Assembly (NCBI GenBank): GCA_018819225.1
Contig: JAHJQN010000007.1
Span: forward strand, 109,456 to 173,455
DNA from: Candidatus Micrarchaeota archaeon
Lineage (GTDB): Archaea > Micrarchaeota > Micrarchaeia > Norongarragalinales > SBBD01
Length of the DNA stretch: 64,000 nt
Reading direction: 5' to 3'
The translations under genes and the position numbers were made by a program. Of the stretch, positions 39,635-49,325 are shown in pieces. Numbering within the stretch: position 1 is the first letter of the stretch; the number at the start of each line of letters is the position of its first letter. The notes under the pieces are model-generated. The model had not been told where the DNA came from. It made no database searches and was given only the letters and a program-made list of their open reading frames with translations.

Positions 39635-39751
39635 ATGAAGCTTTGGAATCGCCGAAAGGCCCAACCCGCCATCGAATACTTGTTGGCTCTTGGCATGGGC
39701 GTCGTCTTCGTGACCATTATCGCCTATTTCGTTAAAAACGCGGTTCAATAA
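39635..39751 (+). CDS. 38-aa micro-pilin (class III signal peptide)
   Basis: MKLWNRRKAQPAIEYLLALGMGVVFVTIIAYFVKNAVQ; AGGTG SD. Confidence 0.75.
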   Translation: MKLWNRRKAQPAIEYLLALGMGVVFVTIIAYFVKNAVQ

Positions 39752-39764
39752 ATCGCTCTGGAAG

Positions 39765-40499
39765 GTGTCCGCCGTGATCGTCGAGTTTAAGCAGTTAGTC
39801 AAACCCAAACTGAAGCGCCCCGTACTGGTCGAGGGATTTCCGGGGGTCGGCATGGTAGGTACTATTTCCTCGGCGTATCTCGCGGAAAAAATGCAAATGA
39901 CTCTCGTGGGGTACATTCAGAGCTCTCACTTTCCTCCCATTGCGGCCATTCATAATTTTATTCCGGTTTCCCCCGCACGCATTTACGCGTCCGAAAAGTA
40001 CGATTTGATCGTTTTATTCAGCGAGTTCATCATACCCGCGGAAGTGGTGTACGAATTATCCCAACGCATTCTCCAATTTGCTAAGGAAAATAACGCTTCC
40101 GCCATTTATTCTCTGGCCGGCATTGCAACCCCGAAGCCGGACCAACGCATTTACGGAATCGCCAGTACGAAGAAGATGGGTGAACAACTCAAGAAACAAG
40201 GCATTCAACTCATTAAGGAAGGCGCGACGCAAGGCGTTTCCGGCGTCCTCATTTCCGAGTGTGCGGCCCGCAATTTTCCAGCAGCGAACCTGCTCGTCCA
40301 GACCTCAAGCCCCATGGAACCCGCTGGTTCCGCTAAACTCCTGGACAAGCTCTCCGAACTCGTCCGCATTCCCGTGGACACGAAACCGTTGCTCGCGGAA
40401 GGCAAAGTCATTGAGCAACGCATCAAGGACAGCATGGAAAAAATCAAGTCCCTGCATAGCAAGTACTCGCAGATGGACAGCAATCCGGCATACGGATGA
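39765..40499 (+). CDS. PAC2-family proteasome assembly chaperone
   Basis: LVEGFPGVGMVGTI, FPP..PARIY, GVSGVL, PVDTKPL; C-terminal AYG. Confidence 0.88.
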   Translation: MSAVIVEFKQLVKPKLKRPVLVEGFPGVGMVGTISSAYLAEKMQMTLVGYIQSSHFPPIAAIHNFIPVSPARIYASEKYDLIVLFSEFIIPAEVVYELSQRILQFAKENNASAIYSLAGIATPKPDQRIYGIASTKKMGEQLKKQGIQLIKEGATQGVSGVLISECAARNFPAANLLVQTSSPMEPAGSAKLLDKLSELVRIPVDTKPLLAEGKVIEQRIKDSMEKIKSLHSKYSQMDSNPAYG

Positions 40500-40508
40500 C
40501 GCGCTCTT

Positions 40509-41354
40509 TCACTGGTTTTTCAGTCGCTCCCGCATTTTCCACAACGGCCAGCGTAAGTCTAGCCGCCAACCCGCTCGTCCGATTTCGATGACGCCCTTTC
40601 CTCTCGCCATTCGATCGAGTTTATCTAATGCGTCTTGCATGGGTTTCCGGAGCCCGCTATTCTGTTCGTGGGGTTCCAATGATCCGGCTATCCCCTGGTA
40701 CTCGCGCATGGTCACTCTCAAATAAGCGAGTTGTTTCGGATCATTGGGCGGGTCCTGCCCGTTTTTCAACTTATCGATCAATTTCAGGGCTTGAATGTAC
40801 GGCGCCGCGTCCGCTATCCGCAACGCATACCGGTGATCGCGAACCAACTTTTGTCGATAATCCGCTTTGCGGTTCGTTCGTCTCGGCCGAATCTGTTTCG
40901 TTAACTGCAGGACAATGTCTGCCGCGTCTTCTCCGATTTTTTCTCGGAGTTCGCTCGTCATTTGTTGCCGCGCTTTCCCGTTTTCAAATTTTTCAAGGGT
41001 GTCGTGGGTCAGCATAGCGGCCACGACCACGTTCAGCGGGACAAACCCGTTTTTTTTCCGAAACCAATTCCGATTCTTTATACGGATTCTCATTGCCTGC
41101 AACGCCGCCGGGTAGACATGCCGCTCTAAATACCCTCGCTTGCTTTTTCTTCCTCCGGCCTCGCGTTGTTCCGGTCCATGCTCCCTCTTCGCAATCTCCA
41201 TCGCGTTTAATACTATATCGTCTTCGTGCAAATGGTGCTTCTCCAATACTCGAAGAAAATAGTCTCGGGTGACGTACGGACGCTTAACCACGACCCACGG
41301 CATTCGTTTTAGAAACCGTTCTCGAGTGCGTATTCCTTTAAGACGTTCTTCCAT
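40509..41354 (-). CDS. Mesh1/SpoT-like HD-domain hydrolase (divergent)
   Basis: A..EH..EQR, Y..H, AAMLTHDTLE, GEDAADIVLQLTK, KLIDKLKN. Confidence 0.7.
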   Translation of the reverse strand: MEERLKGIRTRERFLKRMPWVVVKRPYVTRDYFLRVLEKHHLHEDDIVLNAMEIAKREHGPEQREAGGRKSKRGYLERHVYPAALQAMRIRIKNRNWFRKKNGFVPLNVVVAAMLTHDTLEKFENGKARQQMTSELREKIGEDAADIVLQLTKQIRPRRTNRKADYRQKLVRDHRYALRIADAAPYIQALKLIDKLKNGQDPPNDPKQLAYLRVTMREYQGIAGSLEPHEQNSGLRKPMQDALDKLDRMARGKGVIEIGRAGWRLDLRWPLWKMRERLKNQ

Positions 41355-41364
41355 GAAAAATGCC

Positions 41365-42372
41365 TTACGTGCGGACGTTTGCTTCCCTCAACTGCGCTAA
41401 TGTTTTCGATCGCGTGAGAAACATCGTCATCTTCAATTCATCCACAAACTGCCGAATGCGCTTTTCCACTCCCTTTTTGCCTCCTTGTTCCTGTGCCTGA
41501 ATGAATGGCATGGCTGCGGAAGCCAAGTGCGCTCCCGTCCGAATCGCTTTAGCCGCATCCAACCCCGACCGAATTCCGCCGCTCGCAATAATGGGAATGG
41601 AAACCGTTCGCTTACATTCCTTTACGCAATCCGCTGTCCGGTTCCCCCAATCCCAGAACACGTTTCCGGCATCCGCGCCATTCCGGTACAATTCGATGGC
41701 ACTCCACGATGTGCCGCCAACCCCCGAAACGTCAATGGCTTTAACCCCCACTTTCTCCAACTCGCTTGCCACTACGCCTTCAATGCCTGCCCCGGTTTCC
41801 TTGACGATGACCGGCACGGATAAAGTGGAGCACGTTTTTTCGATGGCTTTCAACGCCCCCCTCCAATTCCGATCCCCTTCCGTTTGAACCACTTCCTGCA
41901 ACGGATTCAAGTGAACGAACAATGCGTCGGCCTCCAGCCCGCTGACGAGTTTTTCAGCCGCTTTTACGCCGTATTCCCGCAATTGAACCGCACCAATATT
42001 CGCTCCCAAGAACACATCGGGGGCCGCATCCCGTACTTGAAACGTTTTCCGCATTTTCGCGTCTTCGAGCATGGCCCTCTGGGATCCTACCCCCAGCCCG
42101 ATATGGAAGGTCTGGCAGGCCTGCGCGAGGTCGCGATTAATCTGTTCCGCGTGGGCGTATCCTCCCGTCATCGAAGAAATGAATAACGGCGCAGACAACC
42201 GCTTTCCGAGGAACGAGATGGACGTATTGATTTCCTCGAAATCCATTTCCGGAAGCGCATAGTGCACGAACTCCATCCCATCGAAACCCGTGCCTCGCGT
42301 ACGCGCTTGAACGTCTTTCGTCAAAGCAATACGCACGTGATCGGCTTTACGACTCTCCGTTTTCCGGTTCAT
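41365..42372 (-). CDS. fni: Type 2 isopentenyl-diphosphate isomerase
   Basis: RKADH, SSMTGG, GVGSQR, HLNPLQE, KETGAG, GGTSW, SGGIR. Confidence 0.95.
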   Translation of the reverse strand: MNRKTESRKADHVRIALTKDVQARTRGTGFDGMEFVHYALPEMDFEEINTSISFLGKRLSAPLFISSMTGGYAHAEQINRDLAQACQTFHIGLGVGSQRAMLEDAKMRKTFQVRDAAPDVFLGANIGAVQLREYGVKAAEKLVSGLEADALFVHLNPLQEVVQTEGDRNWRGALKAIEKTCSTLSVPVIVKETGAGIEGVVASELEKVGVKAIDVSGVGGTSWSAIELYRNGADAGNVFWDWGNRTADCVKECKRTVSIPIIASGGIRSGLDAAKAIRTGAHLASAAMPFIQAQEQGGKKGVEKRIRQFVDELKMTMFLTRSKTLAQLREANVRT

Positions 42373-42421
42373 AATTTCTTTCCACGAACCGCTTTTAATA
42401 ACGCTTTGCTTTTTCGCTCTT

Positions 42422-43654
42422 CTATTCGCCGGTTTCCCCCACGCGTTTTTCCCAGGTGTCCATGGTTTCTTCCTGCATGCCCTTTCCTGAAAACGTGATG
42501 TCCAACAAGTGTAGTCCGTTCTGGCTCCAGAACGCCATTAACTTCTTTTTCGATTCCTCGGATAAACACAATGCGGCGAGTGAATCGCCGCCGCCGGCTC
42601 CCGGCATCGTGCATACGAATGCTCCGCGCTCTTCACTTTCCTCGATCAGCGCCGACGCCTCATCGCTTTCAATGCCCGCTTTACTCTCGACTCCGAGTTG
42701 TTTCGTCAATTGCCTTCCTTTCGCGAATGCGTGCTTGAACTCCCGGAACGCGGTCATTTCCTCTTCGTACATCGCCACTTCCGGTGCCGAGCCCCGCCCG
42801 TCAAAAAACGCAGCCACTTCTCCATATTTTTGCGCGGATTTCCTCGACAAATCCCCCATCTTTTTTAACCATAACATGGCTTTATCGTTCTCCGCATTCA
42901 ATGCCTCCATGAGCAACAGAAACGCCTGTTCTTTCTTCTTCTCGAATGCATCCACTTTTTTTACTAAATCTCGCGTGTTCGCACTCTTTCCGGTATAGGC
43001 CATCGCGAGCCGCATTCCTTTAGGCATTTGAAGCGGTTCGCTTCGCTGATCCCATTCATTTCCCATCATCTCTTGAAATGAATGCCCCATGATTTCGTCC
43101 GAATACCGCGAATACGCGATGCTGCCATAACACGCACCCGCCACATCGATTCCGCTCCCGATTTTCTCTTGCGCAATAAAGTTTGCGTACTGCGCCAGTT
43201 TGTGAATCGCGTCCTTGTTTTCCTCCATGTCCAGTCCGTGTTCAAGGAACACGGCTGCAATGGTTGCCACGACCGCTGCGGCCGAACTCCCCATGCCCGT
43301 TTTCCGGTCTCCGGCGCCAAACGCGGGATCGTTCCACGTTTCCACGCGAATGCCACGAAATTCAATCTGTTTCCATTCGAAATACTTCAAGCACGCCTCG
43401 ACAGCTGCCCTCAGGAAACGCAGCTTTTTCTTCTCATCTTCATCGGCATCCAATTCCAGCGTCCCGTCGTTCCACACGCCCCATTCTTTTACATCGAGGG
43501 GAGGCGCCTCCAGAACGAATCGTTTTTCCAAGATTTTTTCCGCGAGCGCGAACACGCGCTTGTCGACGGCGGCCACATAGCTGATATTCGGCTTTTTGAG
43601 CACGGCGTACGCGCCGATCAACACGATTTTTCCGGGTGCGGACGCAATCGCCAT
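42422..43654 (-). CDS. Phosphomevalonate kinase, ERG8 (fungal/plant)-like
   Basis: SAPGK, KTGMGSSAA, IHKLAQ..AQEKIGSGIDVA...YGSI.Y.R, PGAGGGD. Confidence 0.88.
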   Translation of the reverse strand: MAIASAPGKIVLIGAYAVLKKPNISYVAAVDKRVFALAEKILEKRFVLEAPPLDVKEWGVWNDGTLELDADEDEKKKLRFLRAAVEACLKYFEWKQIEFRGIRVETWNDPAFGAGDRKTGMGSSAAAVVATIAAVFLEHGLDMEENKDAIHKLAQYANFIAQEKIGSGIDVAGACYGSIAYSRYSDEIMGHSFQEMMGNEWDQRSEPLQMPKGMRLAMAYTGKSANTRDLVKKVDAFEKKKEQAFLLLMEALNAENDKAMLWLKKMGDLSRKSAQKYGEVAAFFDGRGSAPEVAMYEEEMTAFREFKHAFAKGRQLTKQLGVESKAGIESDEASALIEESEERGAFVCTMPGAGGGDSLAALCLSEESKKKLMAFWSQNGLHLLDITFSGKGMQEETMDTWEKRVGETGE

Positions 43655-43664
43655 TCGGTTCCCC

Positions 43665-44666
43665 TCAAAACAAGTGCTGTTTCAGTTCCACGGGTCCGTT
43701 TCCCACTTTACACACCATCACGTTTTCCACTCCCGAGATCTCCGACAGCATTTTTCGTATCGTGGAAACCCGCTTGTCTTCCGTGAAAACGTGCGCGTTC
43801 GGGCCCGCATCGAACGTGTATCCGGCAACGGCTTCCCCGTACGCATCGTTCAACGCATGCACGGTTTCGATGACTTTATGTGAGTGCTCATTCATGTAAA
43901 ACAAGGGAGGATACGAATCGAGCATGCACGCGTGCATACTATTACTATCCCGCATGACGAGCTCGAACAATTCGGCCCGATTCTTTTCCTCCAATGCTTT
44001 ACGCACCCGCTGTAAAATAATGCTGATGCTTTGCAACCGGCGCTGGTACAACGTGCTCGTGAGTACGGTGCGGTTCATGCCCGGTCGCGTGAGGATTCGT
44101 TTCGGATCTTTTTTCACGATCGCGATCACGTTCCGCAAGCTCTTCCAATGCGCGGCCGGCGACAGGGGTTCGGCTAGCGAGTCGCTCCCGTCATCGCGTT
44201 CCCCGCGATGCCATTCGACGAATCCTCCAAACAATGATCGGCACGCGGATCCCGATCCCCTTCGAGAGATAACGGAGAGCTCTCGAACGCCCATCTTCAA
44301 TCCCAAGGCGTGCGATGCCGCTAGCGTGAGCGCTGCGTATCCGGATGCGGAAGAGGCCATCCCCGCTGCCGATGGAAACGCGTTTTCCGTCACGATTCGT
44401 GCATACTCCTTGTTTCCCGCCTTGTGCCTCAGGATATCGAGCTGTTCCACGACGCGGTGCCGTTCGCTCCCCTCTAGTTTTCGTTCTCCGAGCGTGACCT
44501 CATCCTGTTTGTACTTCGACGAGAATTCGACCGTGGTTTCCGTTTTGAGCTGTTCGTCCATGGTGACGGAAATGCTTCCATTCGCCGGAAGGTTGAGTTG
44601 GGCATCCCGTTTCCCCCAATACTTCACGAGTGCAATGTTAGATGTTGCTCGAAACGTGCTCTTCAA
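43665..44666 (-). CDS. mvaD: Diphosphomevalonate decarboxylase
   Basis: NIALVKYWGKRD, AAGMASSASG, GSGSACRS, DSNSMHA..LDSYPPLFY, YTFDAGPN. Confidence 0.92.
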   Translation of the reverse strand: MKSTFRATSNIALVKYWGKRDAQLNLPANGSISVTMDEQLKTETTVEFSSKYKQDEVTLGERKLEGSERHRVVEQLDILRHKAGNKEYARIVTENAFPSAAGMASSASGYAALTLAASHALGLKMGVRELSVISRRGSGSACRSLFGGFVEWHRGERDDGSDSLAEPLSPAAHWKSLRNVIAIVKKDPKRILTRPGMNRTVLTSTLYQRRLQSISIILQRVRKALEEKNRAELFELVMRDSNSMHACMLDSYPPLFYMNEHSHKVIETVHALNDAYGEAVAGYTFDAGPNAHVFTEDKRVSTIRKMLSEISGVENVMVCKVGNGPVELKQHLF

Positions 44667-44710
44667 GGCTTCCCACCCCCTTTCCTGTTGTGGTTACGCC
44701 CCCTCTTCCT

Positions 44711-45478
44711 TTATAGGGTTTTCTTTACGGGGTTTCTGATCCACCCCATCACTTCGTTCGGATGATCCATTCGAATCATCCCTTTTTGTTCCGCATAAAC
44801 TCCGTACCCCCAATCCGCAAAGAAGAGTTGAATGTCCGGATCCACGTCGTACACGACTTCCAGGTTATGCATTAAATCGTCCACGAATGCGTACGCGCCC
44901 TTCCCCAACGTTTTCTTCAGCAAGCGAACCTGTTTCTGCTTCACCATGCGATCCGCCCGACTCACCTCGGTTCCGGCCACCGCTTCCATGCACTCCTCGA
45001 TACGGAAATGCGTTAACCAACCTTGAATACTGGCTTCATCGCGCGCGCTCATCACCGCTTGTTTCGCTCCCGATGCGTGAATCGCGCGCACCGCTTCCAG
45101 TACTCCGCTGTACGGCGCCATGGATTCCGCGTATTGTTTTCCCCATTCATCCGCCACACGCTGCCGCGTCCGATAATATGTTTCGTCCAAGTGCACGAGC
45201 AGCTCGCCGTATTGCGCATCCACTTCATTCAATCGAATCGCTTTCCCGAATTTTCTTCTCGCCACATAATTCACGAAGAAGTCCCGCGCGTTCACGCACA
45301 CCGGCCGATCGTTCTTGAACTCATCAAAGGAATATGGCGCCAACGGTTTTCCAACGGCTTCCTGCAACGTCGCTTCTTCCTGTTCCACGACGCGCCGCGT
45401 GATCTCGTAACACTCGTTCAAGCTGTCCGCCAATACCCCGTCAAAATCCCACAGAACATGCATTCGCTTCGTTTCCAT
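44711..45478 (-). CDS. HAD-superfamily hydrolase
   Basis: WDFDGVLAD motif I, SAR, K, FVDD, WGY. Confidence 0.85.
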   Translation of the reverse strand: METKRMHVLWDFDGVLADSLNECYEITRRVVEQEEATLQEAVGKPLAPYSFDEFKNDRPVCVNARDFFVNYVARRKFGKAIRLNEVDAQYGELLVHLDETYYRTRQRVADEWGKQYAESMAPYSGVLEAVRAIHASGAKQAVMSARDEASIQGWLTHFRIEECMEAVAGTEVSRADRMVKQKQVRLLKKTLGKGAYAFVDDLMHNLEVVYDVDPDIQLFFADWGYGVYAEQKGMIRMDHPNEVMGWIRNPVKKTL

Positions 45479-45533
45479 CCGCTCTTACTTCAACCCTACC
45501 GCTTTTTATTTCCTTTTTATGCTTCTTATTTTC

Positions 45534-46583
45534 ATGAAGAAAGTCGTGAGCAGTGCGCCCTCCAAACTCATACTCGTCGGCGAACATGCCGTCGTGTACG
45601 GAGCCCGAGCACTCGCGTGCCCGTTGAACAACCGAAAGGAGTGTACCGCGACGATCGAGACCGTGGAACCCGGCGAGGGTCAACTGATTGTGGAAGACGT
45701 GATCGGGTGCGGCCGCGTCACCGTTGACGGCGTCGTATTCGAGGAAGACCCGTATTTCATGCCGAAAGCCAAACTCATACTTCATTTCCTCAAAAAGAAC
45801 AAGAATCGGCTGAACGACAAGGAAGCGTTCTTCAAGTTTTCCAGCAAACGCATTCTGAAAGGTACGGGAGGGTCTGCCGCATCCGCCGCCGCACTCTCTC
45901 TCGCTCTTCACGCCTTGTTGGATATCCAACCCTCTTTGGAAGAACTCTTTCGTTCGGTTCAGGTTGCGGAAGAAATCGCGCACGGCGGCAAGGCAAGCGG
46001 TATTGATGCGCATACGGTTCTGTCCGATCGGCCTCAAGCCTTCTTCAAGCAGTTCAAAGGTTCGACGAGTTCGATTCGTTTCGAGGACGCGGACCTTCAT
46101 CTTCCGGAAGGCACGCAACTCGTCATCATTAATACGCTTGAAGAAGGCGAGGAACCGGAGTCCACGGGTGAACTAGTGAAACGTTTCGCCGCTCACTTTC
46201 ACGTGGACGGTTCTCCGAACGATCTTTCCGATGACACCCGCCAAACCATCATTGCGCCGTTCGATCGCGTCACCGAAGCGATTCAAAAAGAGCTTCGACG
46301 TGACGGAGAGGCAAAAGCCCTTGGAAGACTCTTGGATGAAAATCACGAGTTATTGAGGTCTACCGGCGTATCCGGCGACCGCATCGAGGAAGCCATTGCG
46401 CTTTGTAAGAAAAACAAGGCGCTGGGAGCTAAGTTAACGGGAGCGGGTGGTCGAGGGGGAGCGTGTTTTGCATTGGTGCGAAACCAGGATACCGAAACGC
46501 TCGTTCACGCCCTCGAGGAGAAACGGTTCGAGGTCAGCCCTGCGGAATTTTCGTCCAAAGGGCCTACGGTGGAACGCCGTTAA
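45534..46583 (+). CDS. mvk: Mevalonate kinase
   Basis: APSKLILVGEHAVVYG, GTGGSAA, HGGKASGID, KLTGAGGRGG. Confidence 0.88.
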   Translation: MKKVVSSAPSKLILVGEHAVVYGARALACPLNNRKECTATIETVEPGEGQLIVEDVIGCGRVTVDGVVFEEDPYFMPKAKLILHFLKKNKNRLNDKEAFFKFSSKRILKGTGGSAASAAALSLALHALLDIQPSLEELFRSVQVAEEIAHGGKASGIDAHTVLSDRPQAFFKQFKGSTSSIRFEDADLHLPEGTQLVIINTLEEGEEPESTGELVKRFAAHFHVDGSPNDLSDDTRQTIIAPFDRVTEAIQKELRRDGEAKALGRLLDENHELLRSTGVSGDRIEEAIALCKKNKALGAKLTGAGGRGGACFALVRNQDTETLVHALEEKRFEVSPAEFSSKGPTVERR

Positions 46584-46588
46584 TGCCC

Positions 46589-47629
46589 TCATTTCGGGTA
46601 CAACACGATTTTACCGCAATTCCCGCTCGTCATGAGCGCGAACGCTTTCCCGTATTCCTCGAGCTTGAATTCATGCGTCACGAGTTGGTTGAGATCGACT
46701 TTCCCGCTCCGCAGGAACGCTTTGACTTTATGCCACGTTTCGAAAAGCCTCCTTCCGGTGATTCCTCTCACGGTGGCCTGCTTAAACACGACGGCATTTG
46801 TGACGTCTAATGAAACGGATTTCCCGAATACGCCAAGAATGGCCGCATTCCCTCCGGGACGCATGCTCTTGAATCCTTGCTGGAGCGCCTTTTCATTCCC
46901 TGACATTTCGAGGAAAACGTCTACTCCGCGCTTGGTCTCCTTGAGAATCCGTTTAGCCGCATTCTCTGTTGTCGCGTTGATTACATAGTCTGCTCCAAAC
47001 GATTTCGCCATCTTCAAGCGGTACTCGTTTTGATCCACGGCGAAAATATTCGTGGCTCCAGCAACCTTGCAAAGTTGGATGGCGCATAATCCGATGGGTC
47101 CGCACCCGAAGATGCTGACCTGGTTTCCTGCAATGGGCTGCGCGAACACCGCATGCACGGCGTTACCCAATGGTTCCTGTACGGTTGCCAGCTTGGGCGG
47201 AAGCCTTCGATCATTCTGGATGCAGCTGTTTTCCGGTAGTGAAATGTATTCTGCATAGCTTCCGTTCCTGTCGATTCCTAGAATCTTCAAGTGTTCGCAG
47301 ATGTGGGCGTTCGCGATGCGGCATTGGAAACAATTATAGTCCGCGAGATGCGTTTCGCCGCTCACGTAATCCCCTACGTTCACTTTCGATACGAGTTCGC
47401 CGACTTCCACGATGTCCCCGCAGAACTCGTGACCGAATATCCGCGGCGTTTTCACGCGGCTTTTCGCCCAATCATCCCAATGGTAGATGTGCAGGTCGGT
47501 TCCACAAATGCTCGTCGCCTTGATTTTTACGAGGACGTCCCTCGCGCCGAGTTTCGGAATGTCCGTTTGCGTCCACTCCGCTCCCGGCGCCGGTTTTTTC
47601 TTCATGAGCGCTTTCATTTTCCCTTCCAT
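46589..47629 (-). CDS. tdh: L-threonine 3-dehydrogenase
   Basis: SICGTDLHIYHWDDWA, GHEF, VSGETH, EPLGNAVH, EMSG, GITGRRLFETW. Confidence 0.93.
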   Translation of the reverse strand: MEGKMKALMKKKPAPGAEWTQTDIPKLGARDVLVKIKATSICGTDLHIYHWDDWAKSRVKTPRIFGHEFCGDIVEVGELVSKVNVGDYVSGETHLADYNCFQCRIANAHICEHLKILGIDRNGSYAEYISLPENSCIQNDRRLPPKLATVQEPLGNAVHAVFAQPIAGNQVSIFGCGPIGLCAIQLCKVAGATNIFAVDQNEYRLKMAKSFGADYVINATTENAAKRILKETKRGVDVFLEMSGNEKALQQGFKSMRPGGNAAILGVFGKSVSLDVTNAVVFKQATVRGITGRRLFETWHKVKAFLRSGKVDLNQLVTHEFKLEEYGKAFALMTSGNCGKIVLYPK

Positions 47630-47778
47630 TTTACATCCCTGCAATCCGCGTTTTCGGATGAGGGACTCGGAGTCTACGACTTAAAATATCTTTACCTCTT
47701 CGACACGCGTCAAACTTTTTATTGAGGCGATTGTTTTTTAAAACGCGAATGGCTTCTTGCCATGCATAGTGTTTTTTT

Positions 47779-48960
47779 ATGGCTGATCTGTCGTTTCTCG
47801 CGCAAGAAGTCAAGGCCCTTCGAGAAAAGAAGTTGGACTGGCGCCATTACACGTTGGAAAGCCCGTCGGTTCCGCACGCGCAAGTCAATGGAAAGAACGT
47901 CCTCATGCTCTGCTCGAACAATTATTTGGGGTTCGCGAACCATCCGAAGCTGAAAGCGGCAGCGAAGCAAGCCATTGACCAATACGGGGCCGGAAACGGA
48001 AGCGTTCCCGCTATTGCCGGCACCATGGACCTCATGCTAACCCTCGAAGAAAAACTGGCGAAATTCAAACGGTCGGAAGCCGCGTTAGTCACTCAAACCG
48101 GTTTTGCAGCGAACGCCGGTTTGATTCCGCAACTCGTCGGAAAAGGCGACCTCATTATTTCAGACGAACTCAACCACGGAAGCATTATTGACGGCGTGAG
48201 GTTGAGCCAGGCCGACCGAGCGGTCTTCAAGCACGCCGACGCAACGGATTTGGATCGCGTTCTTAAAGAGAAAGCGAAAACCGCTCGCCGCGTTCTGGTT
48301 TGCACGGACGGCGTTTTTTCCATGGACGGCGACGTCGCCCCTTTGAAAGAGATTTATTCCGTTGCCAGCGCCTACGACGCCATCGTTTACGTGGATGACG
48401 CGCACGGCGACGGGGTCATGGGCCCCGAAGGCCGCGGCACCATTCACCACTACCATCTCGAGAACCAAATCGATGTGGATGTCGGCACGTTCAGTAAAGC
48501 GTTTGGCGCTTTTGGCGGCTATGTATCCGGCATTCATGCGCTGAAAGAATTTACGTTCAATAAAAGTCGAACGTGGCTGTTATCCGCAGGCCATCCGCCT
48601 TCGGTATGGGCGTCCGTAATGGCCTCCATTGAATTATTGGAGTCGGAGCCCCAACACCTCAAAACATTGTGGGATAACACTCATTATTTCAAGAAACGCC
48701 TGCGAGAAATGGGTTTCAATACCGGTCGTTCCACGACTCCGATCACGCCCGTCATTGTCGGAGAGAGTGCGGTCGCGCATCATTTGAGCCAACGCTTATT
48801 TCAGGAAGGCGTGTTTGCTTTACCGATCGTGTTCCCAATGGTGGCGCGCGATCAAGCGCGTGTCCGCGTCATGATGAATGCCGCGCTTTCAAGATCCGAT
48901 CTCGATTTTGCATTGAATGCGTTCGAGAATATCGGAAAAGAGCTTCAAATCGTTTCGTGA
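47779..48960 (+). CDS. kbl: 2-amino-3-ketobutyrate CoA ligase (glycine C-acetyltransferase)
   Basis: CSNNYLG, SDELNHGSIIDG, DGVFSMDG, DDAH, GTFSKA; divergent from tdh. Confidence 0.85.
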   Translation: MADLSFLAQEVKALREKKLDWRHYTLESPSVPHAQVNGKNVLMLCSNNYLGFANHPKLKAAAKQAIDQYGAGNGSVPAIAGTMDLMLTLEEKLAKFKRSEAALVTQTGFAANAGLIPQLVGKGDLIISDELNHGSIIDGVRLSQADRAVFKHADATDLDRVLKEKAKTARRVLVCTDGVFSMDGDVAPLKEIYSVASAYDAIVYVDDAHGDGVMGPEGRGTIHHYHLENQIDVDVGTFSKAFGAFGGYVSGIHALKEFTFNKSRTWLLSAGHPPSVWASVMASIELLESEPQHLKTLWDNTHYFKKRLREMGFNTGRSTTPITPVIVGESAVAHHLSQRLFQEGVFALPIVFPMVARDQARVRVMMNAALSRSDLDFALNAFENIGKELQIVS

Positions 48961-49325
48961 ACCGCATGTTAAAAACAAACGTACACGCGCAAATCGTTAC
49001 AGTGCTATTCGATATCGAGAAGCTACCGATTCCCGGGAAAGCGCGTGAGCGCCTCCGGCAGTTCCGTTCGGCTTTTCCTGTCCGAGACGCCTTCCGGGCT
49101 TCTCGAGGCAATATTGTTCTCGTTAATTGGTTCAAACCCTTGCATGAGGACGCGGTCGTCGCTTACCTGGAAGCTGTACGGGGTTGGCCGTTGACCCGCA
49201 TTCAAGAACAGTTCGCTCGCATGGACGTAGATACCCAAGTCAATCAGGCGTTGATTCGAAATCAGGAGAAGGTGCTTGGATTTTACGAGCGTTTTTCCGC
49301 GCGTCTCCAGCAAACGCTTTCTTAA
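48957..49325 (+). CDS. Hypothetical protein
   Basis: GTGA-coupled to kbl; no motif recognised. Confidence 0.5.
   Translation: MNRMLKTNVHAQIVTVLFDIEKLPIPGKARERLRQFRSAFPVRDAFRASRGNIVLVNWFKPLHEDAVVAYLEAVRGWPLTRIQEQFARMDVDTQVNQALIRNQEKVLGFYERFSARLQQTLS

Noticed and set aside
47779-48960. BioF or serine palmitoyltransferase
   Set aside because: Same fold family, but adjacency to tdh and absence of biotin or sphingolipid genes favour Kbl; not formally excluded.
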